Positions 46,285-54,895 of a DNA stretch of 64,000 nucleotides are shown in pieces. Made by a program: the position numbers and the translations under genes. The notes below the pieces were generated by a model. The model was not told the origin of the DNA. It made no database searches and saw nothing but the letters and a program-made list of their open reading frames with translations. Within the stretch, counting starts at the first letter, position 1, and each line of letters begins with the position of its first letter. Where the stretch lies: assembly GCA_020629155.1 (NCBI GenBank), contig JAHDDW010000007.1, positions 17,525 through 81,524 on the forward strand, read 5' to 3'. The stretch is from Acidimicrobiales bacterium. GTDB lineage: Bacteria; Actinomycetota; Acidimicrobiia; Acidimicrobiales; SZUA-35.

Positions 46285-48624
46285 GTGACTGTTGATTTGT
46301 CTGCTTCAAAAAGAATAGCGGTTACTGGAGCGACAGGGTTTTTAGGTACCGCGCTTGTCGAACGGCTGCTGCGGTGCGTGCCGAACTGTGAAATAGTGCT
46401 GCTGGTTCGTCCAGGGAAAAAATCGTCACCTGAGAAACGTGCAAAACGTGAAATCTTCCGCAATGATGCGTTCGACACCCATCTTAAAGCTGTCGGCAAA
46501 GACCAATTTTGGGAAGAAATAGAACGACGAGTCACCGTTATCGCTGGAGATGTTGGCACCGATGGCCTCGGCCTCGACGAAAGCGGCCGCTCGGCACTCA
46601 AAACATGCGACACCGTTATTCACTCGGCAGCTACTGTCAGCTTCGACGCTGCGCTCGATACCGCTGTCGAAGTGAACCTGCTTGGCCCGACCCGCATCGC
46701 AAAAACGCTCCAAGATCTAGAATCTGACGCACACCTTGTTGCTGTGTCAACCTGCTATGTCGCTGGCAACAGACGCGGCAAAGCCGACGAAGAGCTTCTT
46801 AGTGACACGCCGTTTCATATCGATGTTGACTGGCGTCAAGAAGTTAAAGCCGCCCGACGAGTGCGTTCCGATTCAGATGCCGAATCTCGCACCTCAGCCA
46901 AGCTTAGCGATTTCCGTAAAGAAGCCGAAGCCGAATTAGGAGCAGCAGGCACACCCCTACTCGCGGCTAAAACCGAACAGATACGCCAGCGCTGGGCACA
47001 CGACCAACTTGTCGAAGCAGGCCGCGCTCGCGCGAAATCGCTTGGCTGGCCAGATGCATACGCCTACACCAAAGCGCTCGGCGAACGAGCGCTGCACGAA
47101 AGCAAAGGCTCGGTGCCCGTTTCCATCGTGCGGCCATCGATTATCGAATCGGCCTGGGCCGAACCGAAACCTGGCTGGATCAAAGGTTTTCGCATGGCCG
47201 AGCCAATCATCATCAGCTATGCTCGTGGCCTTTTGAAAGCATTCCCTGGTGTGCCTGAAGGCATCGTCGATGTTATCCCTGTCGATCTTGTCGTCGCTGC
47301 TATCATCAACGTGACGCTGCGAGGCCACGACAAAAGCGACAAGATCGACATCACCCAAGTTGCATCAGGCAGCCGCAACCCGCTGCATTATCGACGTCTT
47401 GTCACCTTAGCTAAAGAATGGTTCACGCAGAACCCTGTCTATGACAGCCTGGGCCAACCCATAGCGGTGCCAGAGTTTACGTTTCCTGGAAGAAATGCTG
47501 TCGAGAAAAAGCTTGACTGGCTGCAACGTGGCCTTACCCAAGCAGACAAGTCATTAAAACTGTTTCCACTGCGAGGCAAAAAAGCGCTCCTTAACGCCGA
47601 GCTTGAAGACCGAAAAAATCAAGTTGATCGAGCCGCAGGCTACGTGAAAATTTACGGTTCGTATGCTGAATGCGAAGCGCTCTATGGCGTTGATAACCTG
47701 CTAGGCCTTCACAATAGTTTAAGCAAAGCAAACCAGAAAGCGATGGGCTGTGACCCGCAAATAGTTGACTGGGACCATTACGTCACCAAGGTGCACTTGC
47801 CGTCGATTATTAAACACGCGAGAGTGAAGACCACCCCCACGAAGACTGATACCACGAGCAGAGAAGCGCGCCTGCGAAAACGCGTGCTTGCTCCAGAAAG
47901 ACAAATCGCTGCGTTCGACTTTGAGAACACAATCGTCGCTGGCAATGTTGTATCTAACTATGCCTGGTTGGCGACGCAGAACATGAACACCTTTGAACGA
48001 GGACGATTCACAGCCAAACTGATGGCAGAAGTGCCTTCGTTCATGTCGCTCGACAAGCAAGATCGCACCGATTTTTTACGTCATTTCTATCGCCGCTATG
48101 AAGGTTTCTCAGTTGAAGAAATGGCTCGGTTGGCACCAAAAATCCTCACCGACCATATCTTGCCAAATGCCTATCCTGCCGCGTTGCGACGAATCAGAGA
48201 ACACAAACGACTTGGCCATCACACGGTGCTAGTCACTGGGGCGTTAGATATCGTGATCGAACCGTTGAAACCTCTGTTTGACTATGTGATCTGTTCACAA
48301 ATGACGCAGCACAACGGCCGCTATAGCGGCGAGCTGCTCGACATTCCCCCAACTGGCGAAGTACGCGCGCAGCGTCTGCGAGAATACGCAAAGTCGCAAG
48401 ATATCGACCTTGGCGAATCCGTCGCCTACGGCGATTCACCGTCAGATTTACCGCTGCTCGACGCCGTCGGGTTTCCTGTTGCGGTTAACCCAGAGACTCG
48501 TTTGGCATCCACAGCTATGAAACGTGGCTGGCTGATAGAATATTGGACCAAAGCACAAGGCGGCAATACACAACCCGTGCTGCCTTTAAGCCCCTTACCT
48601 ACAAAAACTCGGAGCAGCTCATGA
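46285..48624 (+). CDS. Fused fatty acyl-CoA reductase-like (NAD-binding 4 / SDR) - HAD-IB phosphatase-like protein
   Basis: N-terminal VTGATGFLGTALVERLL and YAYTKALGE (YxxxK). C-terminal AAFDFENTIV (DxD-type HAD motif I), VLVTGALD and YGDSPSDLPLL. Confidence 0.8.
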   Translation: MTVDLSASKRIAVTGATGFLGTALVERLLRCVPNCEIVLLVRPGKKSSPEKRAKREIFRNDAFDTHLKAVGKDQFWEEIERRVTVIAGDVGTDGLGLDESGRSALKTCDTVIHSAATVSFDAALDTAVEVNLLGPTRIAKTLQDLESDAHLVAVSTCYVAGNRRGKADEELLSDTPFHIDVDWRQEVKAARRVRSDSDAESRTSAKLSDFRKEAEAELGAAGTPLLAAKTEQIRQRWAHDQLVEAGRARAKSLGWPDAYAYTKALGERALHESKGSVPVSIVRPSIIESAWAEPKPGWIKGFRMAEPIIISYARGLLKAFPGVPEGIVDVIPVDLVVAAIINVTLRGHDKSDKIDITQVASGSRNPLHYRRLVTLAKEWFTQNPVYDSLGQPIAVPEFTFPGRNAVEKKLDWLQRGLTQADKSLKLFPLRGKKALLNAELEDRKNQVDRAAGYVKIYGSYAECEALYGVDNLLGLHNSLSKANQKAMGCDPQIVDWDHYVTKVHLPSIIKHARVKTTPTKTDTTSREARLRKRVLAPERQIAAFDFENTIVAGNVVSNYAWLATQNMNTFERGRFTAKLMAEVPSFMSLDKQDRTDFLRHFYRRYEGFSVEEMARLAPKILTDHILPNAYPAALRRIREHKRLGHHTVLVTGALDIVIEPLKPLFDYVICSQMTQHNGRYSGELLDIPPTGEVRAQRLREYAKSQDIDLGESVAYGDSPSDLPLLDAVGFPVAVNPETRLASTAMKRGWLIEYWTKAQGGNTQPVLPLSPLPTKTRSSS

Positions 48625-50222
48625 CAACCACACCGAGATCGAACCCAAGACCTGGTTTTGTGTTAGAAGTCGATCAGAAAACACCCCCTGTTGTTTTTCC
48701 ACATGGATCTAGCTTCACACTAGAGACCTTGCCACAAAAGACAAGTCGAGTGCTCTACCCGAGCGAACCGTTTGCTGCCGCTGCTGAAACGACCGCCATG
48801 ATCGCAGACGCTTTTGCTGCGCCGCAAGGGTCTGCACCGCTGAGCGACCTGCTTAAAGCAAACACGAAACTGACCATCGTTTTCAGCGATATTTCTTACC
48901 CCTATCCTGCGATGCGCAAACCTGATATACGACAACAGGTTATCGAACATGTTCTTGAACTAGCCGCTAGTGCTGGCTGCGATGATGTGCATCTCATAGC
49001 GGCAACTGGTTTACAGCGTAAAATGACAGACAAAGAGTTTCGCCATGTGCTTGGCGACAGAATCTGCGGGTCGTTTGATAGTGACCAGCTTTATAGCCAT
49101 AACGCTTATGACCGTGATGCGCTAACGACGCTCAGCGCCAAAGGCGGCGAATCGTTCTCGCTGAATACACGAGTCGCCGAATCTGATCTTGTTGTTGCTG
49201 TCAACGTTTGTTCTCATCCAACACATAGCGGCTGGCACCTTTTCACGAACGGTCTTTCTGACTATCAAGCCAGCTATGAGCAGAACAATCCGACGCTCGC
49301 AAAAAAAGCATCATCGGTTGCTGACACCAAAAAGTCTGCTGCTTATAAAGTAGCGCAAAAACAAGGCCAGCTACTCGATAAATACGGCCCCACTATTTTT
49401 CATATTGAAGCGGTTGTTAATAATAATGTGTATGGTGACGGCCCGTTGCGTGTGCTCCAGAAACGTGAATGGGAGTGGAACCTGCGTGACAAAGCCGCCT
49501 TTGGCGCACTTCGCAAAGGCCTCACCCAACTTGCAGGGCTAGCGTCTCGTAAAGCTGGCAACGCCTGGCGTGCACCGTATGAAACTATTGCGCTGCATTG
49601 TGGCGATGTAGCAGCTGTCCATAACGCTTCGGTCGAAAAACTGCTTGAACAAAACGTTGTTCCTGTTGAAGGACAAAGCGACATCTTGACAATGGGGCTC
49701 AGCGATTTCGGCCCACACAGTGTCGATTCGACCCAAAACCCTCTTCTGGCGCTCGCTGAAGGTTTAGGCACTGTTTTTAACAACTACATCGGCAAACCTC
49801 TGGTTCGTAAAGGCGGCGTCATCATAATGAGCCACCCGATGAAGGCGTCGTTTGACCCTGTGCATCATTCGCCTCATATCGACTTTTTTGAAGAAGTAAT
49901 CAAAGAAACAACTGATGCGCCCACGATTGAAGAAACCTATGCAGATCGGTTCGTGAACGATGACTGGTATAAACATCTTCACCAGACAGGGTTCTCGTTC
50001 CATGGCGGCCATCCGCTGCAACTGTGGTATCAGCTAGGCGCCGCTTTAACGCACGTAGCACAAGTTATTGTCGTGGGTGGTGACACCGAAACAGTTCGCA
50101 CACTAGGGCTGAAACCAGCTTCAACGCTACAAGATGCGCTTGAAATGGCAGAAGCAGTAGTGGGTAAAGACGCAACGTTAAGCCATGTCGCCTCTCCGCA
50201 TCTGATCGCTCACGTTAGCTGA
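48621..50222 (+). CDS. LarA-like (lactate racemase N-terminal domain / DUF2088) protein
   Basis: 533 aa from ATG 48621 (GGAG upstream; ATGA overlap with the preceding gene). The family assignment comes from overall resemblance only. Confidence 0.5.
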   Translation: MTTTPRSNPRPGFVLEVDQKTPPVVFPHGSSFTLETLPQKTSRVLYPSEPFAAAAETTAMIADAFAAPQGSAPLSDLLKANTKLTIVFSDISYPYPAMRKPDIRQQVIEHVLELAASAGCDDVHLIAATGLQRKMTDKEFRHVLGDRICGSFDSDQLYSHNAYDRDALTTLSAKGGESFSLNTRVAESDLVVAVNVCSHPTHSGWHLFTNGLSDYQASYEQNNPTLAKKASSVADTKKSAAYKVAQKQGQLLDKYGPTIFHIEAVVNNNVYGDGPLRVLQKREWEWNLRDKAAFGALRKGLTQLAGLASRKAGNAWRAPYETIALHCGDVAAVHNASVEKLLEQNVVPVEGQSDILTMGLSDFGPHSVDSTQNPLLALAEGLGTVFNNYIGKPLVRKGGVIIMSHPMKASFDPVHHSPHIDFFEEVIKETTDAPTIEETYADRFVNDDWYKHLHQTGFSFHGGHPLQLWYQLGAALTHVAQVIVVGGDTETVRTLGLKPASTLQDALEMAEAVVGKDATLSHVASPHLIAHVS

Positions 50223-50855
50223 AAGATACACATTCCTTAGTGTTGAAGCAGCCTCAGCGGCGTTTGAGCTGTGGAGCTTTTAACGTTTCTCTTTCCAAGC
50301 GTCTCAACAGCTGCTAGCCCAGCCTTTTCTTCAAGAATAAAACTTGTCTGATCACTGTTTTCTCAACATGCGCCAGCACAAAGTTGTGCCATGTGTCAGG
50401 TGACCAATAAAAGGTTCTTCATTAGTGATCAATATATGCACCTTCGGGTTATCTGAATCGGAAGGAAAAACAGATGTAGTTTCTGAATAATCTGACAATA
50501 CATGTTTGAACCAACTAGCAACTAGGCCCAGCACTCCTAAAAAAGGTCGTGAGTGGCAAAGTAGCGTTTGGAGTGTCTTATTATTCTGTAGGTTTACAAG
50601 ACACCCGAAACCGAGAAGTGTTGCGACTCAAAACCCGCTTAAAAAAGCGTTTTGTTGTGTCTCAACAAGTCGTCTCATAGAATATTGTCTCGTGATGATT
50701 TGCTTTAGGGGTTTGAGAGATGTCCCTATTGGAACTTCGGGATGGCTGACTGTAGGCACTATTCTATTGGGTTGCATTTGGCGATTCCCAAACGGCACAC
50801 CCCAAAACCCTACTTTGCGGCATGGCAGCTACCCGAGTACTGGGCCTAGTCGGAA

Positions 50856-51635
50856 TCAACTTTGAAAGTTTTGGCCGTGTTGGCTGGCTTGACTCGTTGG
50901 AGTTGTCGTTACTGATTTAGGAAGTATTAGCCGTCTCGGATGGTCTGGTAAAGGTGGGTTCGTTGTTGGCGGCTTCTCGGGCGGCGCTGTTTGTGTGACG
51001 GGTGGCGGTGGGAGCGTTTGCTGTACCGTGGGAGATGACTCTTGTTTTTCTGGTTCTTGATTGTTGTTTTCCGATAGATAGAAAAGAGGTGATTTATCGC
51101 CGCCGATTTGGGTTGCGAGCATTTGGTAGTACCTAATCAGGCCATGTTTAGGATCTGCTTTCAGGGCGTAACAGCGATCAGGGTTCGCTAGCTTATTTAT
51201 AGCTTTTTTTGCGAAATTCACTCCTGAGAAAAGTTTAGAACCTTGGTAGGTAACAAAGTTTCCTATTGAATGAGTTGGCTGTATCCCATGTTTGCGGAAA
51301 GAGAACGATTTGAAGTAAGTGGCTGTTCTGCTGATTAATGATGGGACAAGAGCCACTTGGCTTACCGCTAAAATAATAGCTATAGGTAGCAGCGCTATGT
51401 TTATTGCTGGGAATAAAGCAGCGTAGAGAGCTGTATGCGCGGCGATTGTTGTGCCTGCATGAACTTTTTTTACGACGAAACCCGCTTTGCCGTTAGTGAC
51501 AAGTTCACCGCTTTCTAACAGTTGGGCAGCAGAAAGAAATTTTTGGAAGAATGTGGGGGCTTTAGTCAATCTAGCTATTTCTAGATTGTGATGGTATCTG
51601 GACCTGAAATCAGTCCATTCTATAATTTCCGCCAT
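50856..51635 (-). CDS. Hypothetical membrane protein with Pro/Thr-rich C-terminal tail
   Basis: 259 aa with a hydrophobic stretch AALFPAINIALLPIAIILAVSQVALVPSLI and a tail PPPPVTQTAPPEKPPTTNPPLPDHP. AT-rich. Confidence 0.55.
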   Translation of the reverse strand: MAEIIEWTDFRSRYHHNLEIARLTKAPTFFQKFLSAAQLLESGELVTNGKAGFVVKKVHAGTTIAAHTALYAALFPAINIALLPIAIILAVSQVALVPSLISRTATYFKSFSFRKHGIQPTHSIGNFVTYQGSKLFSGVNFAKKAINKLANPDRCYALKADPKHGLIRYYQMLATQIGGDKSPLFYLSENNNQEPEKQESSPTVQQTLPPPPVTQTAPPEKPPTTNPPLPDHPRRLILPKSVTTTPTSQASQHGQNFQS

Positions 51636-51665
51636 ACCTGCCAGTTTAACGCAAAAATTATGTCA

Positions 51666-52400
51666 TTAACGTTGCCGCACTAGAAGGTGGCGAGCCATTT
51701 CTTTAGCTCGTGTCTCCCAGCTTTCGTATTGTCCAAGTCTTTCTAAGATGTCTTTTAAAATTATTTTGTTCGGAGTATCTTTTTTAGTCTCGTTTTTCAG
51801 TTCTTCTTCAATTTCCCACACGTTCTCGTCGCTGGCTAGTCGGGTTAGCCAATAATTCCAAGTTCCATTTGATTTAAGGTTAGTTAGATCAATAATTGGT
51901 TCGGGTGCAACTGGTTGCACATGGAAGCCATATGACATACTACCTGGTCCTACTGCTACGATGTCAGAAGCAACGTTTCCACGCATGTTTACCTTACTGT
52001 TCTCAGGCACAGAGAAGCCATGTGCGACGCCGCCTTCTCTGCCTATCACACCTTCTGCCGTGTTTCCTTCGATGTTTCCAATTTGGACTATCACACCGTT
52101 TCCTTCGATCAGCAGTCGTTCTGCTTTCTCGGGATCACCTATTACTAATTTGTTTAATAAGTTGGATAGTTTTTCTAAGTCAAATTGTTCAAGTGAATCT
52201 TTTTTGTCCAGTAAATTTTTGATTTCTTGTTCATCTTCTGTCCCCCGAAACTTTTTGAAAATTGAACCGCAAAATTTTTGTATAGCCTTTTGGCCAGCTT
52301 CGGTTAAGGTTCTGGTAGCAACAATTTTGGTTACGTACAAGCCGTAACTCAAGCTACTTGGAGCAAATTCAGCCAGTGTTTTTATTATTTCTATTTTCAT
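51666..52400 (-). CDS. Hypothetical protein (helical ends, Gly/Asn/Val-rich beta-repeat-like centre)
   Basis: 244 aa from ATG 52400 (GGAAGG upstream). The central segment is IEGNGVIVQIGNIEGNTAEGVIGREGGVAHGFSVPENSKVNMRGNV. 30 nt upstream of 50856-51635. Confidence 0.55.
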   Translation of the reverse strand: MKIEIIKTLAEFAPSSLSYGLYVTKIVATRTLTEAGQKAIQKFCGSIFKKFRGTEDEQEIKNLLDKKDSLEQFDLEKLSNLLNKLVIGDPEKAERLLIEGNGVIVQIGNIEGNTAEGVIGREGGVAHGFSVPENSKVNMRGNVASDIVAVGPGSMSYGFHVQPVAPEPIIDLTNLKSNGTWNYWLTRLASDENVWEIEEELKNETKKDTPNKIILKDILERLGQYESWETRAKEMARHLLVRQR

Positions 52401-52797
52401 ACAACAACCTTCCATGTTTAAGTGTTTGCAAATCCAATGATATGGAAGCATTAAGAGAACACAAACGAATCTAAATTTCTTTTAAAGATGTCTAACGTTG
52501 TCTATGGTTGTGGTATAAGTTCAAGCAACTACGTTTACCTTGTCACTGACTGAAACACAAAACTCGACCATTTGGTCTTCTCGCAATGGAACGTTTCCGA
52601 AAACCCGTCGTACGATTCGGTTTGAGAGGTGTCGTTTGTAGCATCGTCTGGCACACAGGCCCATTATCGACAACTACCAATTTTTTCCTGCTTGAAGGCT
52701 GTGTCTGTTCTTAGGCAAACAAAAGATAGCCTGAAGGAACTGTCGATCTACTGCATCTCTCCGGGAATGCTACAGAAAGCCTTCGGATACCTCTTCA

Positions 52798-53601
52798 ATG
52801 TTTAACAAAGAAACCAAACAAACTACAGGCATTTATTACAAGACAGATTGGGCGCATAAGCGATGGTCTCGCAAAGTTCGTTCAGCGTGGGTTTGGCTAT
52901 TCATGAAGCCTTCAATCGGCATCTACGGTCGACCAAAAACTATCGGCGCTGACCGCCTCAAAAATGTTAGCGGTCCCGTCGTCTTTGTGGCTAACCATCA
53001 CAGCCACGCTGATACAACACTGCTGCTGGCTACCATTCCTGCGCATCTGCGATCGAATCTTGCTATCGCTGCTGGTGAAGACTATTTTTTTCCTAACAAA
53101 ACTGCAGGGTTTCTATCAGCGTTGTTTATCGGCGCTATCCCTATCGACCGTAATCGCATATCAAAGCTTTCTATACAGAATGCGCAGCAAGCGCTTGAAG
53201 CTGGGCGAAACCTGCTGATCTTTCCTGAAGGAAGCCGAAGCCCTGCAGGGTGGAACGGCGAACATAAGCCAGGCGCCGCTTTTATCGCGAAACGTGTCGG
53301 CGTGCCACTTGTACCTATCTACATCTACGGAACAGGTACCGTACTCCCGAAAGGTAAATGGTGGCCACGCAAATCGCCATGCGCTGTTGTATTCGGCGCG
53401 CCAATAGAAACCTCTGGCAAAGACAAACCTAAAGTGCTTGCAGCACGGTCACAAGCAGCTGTCGCTCAGCTCGCTGATGAGTTCCGCAATGGTTGGTGGT
53501 CTTCCATACGCAACGCCAACAAAAATGAAACCCAGGCACCAGCACCTGAAGCGAGCGCCTGGCGTCAACGTTGGGCTTCACATCCCGAAGACTCCAAATA
53601 A
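52798..53601 (+). CDS. 1-acyl-sn-glycerol-3-phosphate acyltransferase family (PlsC-like)
   Basis: Motif I ANHHSHADT (HX4D) and motif III FPEGSRS. Confidence 0.85.
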   Translation: MFNKETKQTTGIYYKTDWAHKRWSRKVRSAWVWLFMKPSIGIYGRPKTIGADRLKNVSGPVVFVANHHSHADTTLLLATIPAHLRSNLAIAAGEDYFFPNKTAGFLSALFIGAIPIDRNRISKLSIQNAQQALEAGRNLLIFPEGSRSPAGWNGEHKPGAAFIAKRVGVPLVPIYIYGTGTVLPKGKWWPRKSPCAVVFGAPIETSGKDKPKVLAARSQAAVAQLADEFRNGWWSSIRNANKNETQAPAPEASAWRQRWASHPEDSK

Positions 53602-53624
53602 CGCTGCCACGCTACACTTAGCAA

Positions 53625-54815
53625 ATGGTCGCGTTGCAACAGAAAATCCCCAGGATCAGCGTCCGAAGAATATTTTTGCTGCTCCTAGTTTTTCTTCTTG
53701 TTGCCGTAGCTACTCTTTTCTTGCGACGACCTTGGGCTGCCACGGCATTGCAGGAAGGTTTCCCTTCCAGGACATGGCCTGCTGAAGGATCTTTCACACA
53801 GCAAGGCAATATCGAACCCATCGAACAACTCCCTCTTCCTATACTGCAATCAACAGCTGATTTTCAAACACATTTTGAACGATCAAAAGGGTCAGCCGTT
53901 CTTGTCATCAAGAATGGAGAAATTGTCTATTCACAGTTTGCGGATGGCTTTTCTTTTGACACAAAATTCAACTCATATTCTATGGCTAAAAGCCTGGTCG
54001 CAGCACTTACGATCAAAGCGATTTCAGACGGCAAGATCGCTTCGATAGACGCAACTGTTGGCGAGCTTTGGCCCGAAGCACAGGCAACCAGCGTTGCTGA
54101 TGTCACAGTACGAGAACTGCTAGATATGCGCAGTGGGCTTTCGTTTGAACAAGATCCAGGAACCCAAGGCGACGCCAACGCCGATCTTTCTTTCAAAAAC
54201 CAAGCTGTCGATTATGGCCCGTTTAGCAAGAGCGCACGTTTACATATTGAAGGTGTCGACGCTATCCTCAACGAAGTCGATCGCAACGAGGCAGATCGTG
54301 GCACGTTTCTTTATCAGAACCTTAACACCGCGATACTTGGACGCGTGTTAGAGACAGTCTATGCGAAATCGATTGATGAGCTACTATATGAGAAGATTGT
54401 TGTACCTGCTGAAGCTGGCGGGTTTCATTGGCGTCTCTATACAAAGGCTGACCAGCACAGTGCCTATTGCTGCATTTATGCGACAGCTCAATGGTGGGCT
54501 GAAGTGGCAAGATATCTCATGAATAATGGAGCAAAGCAAGAACCATTTCTTTCACAGAAGTGGTTTCACTATTTCCGTGGCGATGACATAGCGCCCGATG
54601 CGCTAGCTGAAGGAACGTACAGAAGCCAAATTCGCTACAACATTTTGGACCGACCAGGCGAAGATCTACAAGGACGGTTTCACTATTTCAGCGGCCAGAA
54701 TGGGCAAATCACTTATTATGTTCCAGATGAAGACCTTCTCGTCGTTCGTTTCGGCGAGCAGTACCAGTTGCTTCATTCCACTCTCTATCAGATAGCAAAC
54801 TTTGAGCCTTTGTGA
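53625..54815 (+). CDS. Serine hydrolase, beta-lactamase/PBP4*-like family
   Basis: N-terminal TM/signal segment, SxxK motif in FNSYSMAKS, and a later YQNLN (YxN). Confidence 0.72.
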   Translation: MVALQQKIPRISVRRIFLLLLVFLLVAVATLFLRRPWAATALQEGFPSRTWPAEGSFTQQGNIEPIEQLPLPILQSTADFQTHFERSKGSAVLVIKNGEIVYSQFADGFSFDTKFNSYSMAKSLVAALTIKAISDGKIASIDATVGELWPEAQATSVADVTVRELLDMRSGLSFEQDPGTQGDANADLSFKNQAVDYGPFSKSARLHIEGVDAILNEVDRNEADRGTFLYQNLNTAILGRVLETVYAKSIDELLYEKIVVPAEAGGFHWRLYTKADQHSAYCCIYATAQWWAEVARYLMNNGAKQEPFLSQKWFHYFRGDDIAPDALAEGTYRSQIRYNILDRPGEDLQGRFHYFSGQNGQITYYVPDEDLLVVRFGEQYQLLHSTLYQIANFEPL

Positions 54816-54883
54816 GCTACATTAGCTAACAGCAAAACCCAAAAGTCGGCCTATTAGTCTTTATTTTTTACTCATAGGCCGAT

Positions 54884-54889
54884 TATAAT
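54884..54889 (+). promoter_or_regulatory. TATAAT -10 box 6 nt upstream of the second ATPase start codon
   Basis: TATAAT-ATCTTG-ATG(54896). Preceded by a 9-bp inverted repeat, TCGGCCTAT (54846-54854) / ATAGGCCGA (54874-54882). Confidence 0.4.
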
Positions 54890-54895
54890 ATCTTG

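Noticed and set aside
46028-46713. Minus-strand ORFs 46028-46213, 46167-46613 and 46426-46713
   Set aside because: They lie antisense to, or just upstream of, the well-supported acyl-CoA reductase gene and have Ser/Arg/Pro-rich shadow-frame composition.
50352-50534. 60-aa minus-strand ORF in the spacer after the LarA-like gene
   Set aside because: It has no ribosome-binding site and no recognisable motif. It might be a gene fragment, but I cannot support it.
50521-50850. Retron (msr/msd) interpretation of the inverted-repeat-bounded segment
   Set aside because: The flanking inverted repeats fit, but no reverse transcriptase gene is adjacent or anywhere in the window. I kept it only as an unexplained structured element.
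1497-54882. Possible REP-like family sharing a TAGGCC/GGCCTA core (palindromes at 1497-1545, 50521-50850 and 54846-54882)
   Set aside because: The shared core is only 6-7 nt, and several such matches are expected by chance in 64 kb on both strands. The arms are otherwise unrelated.
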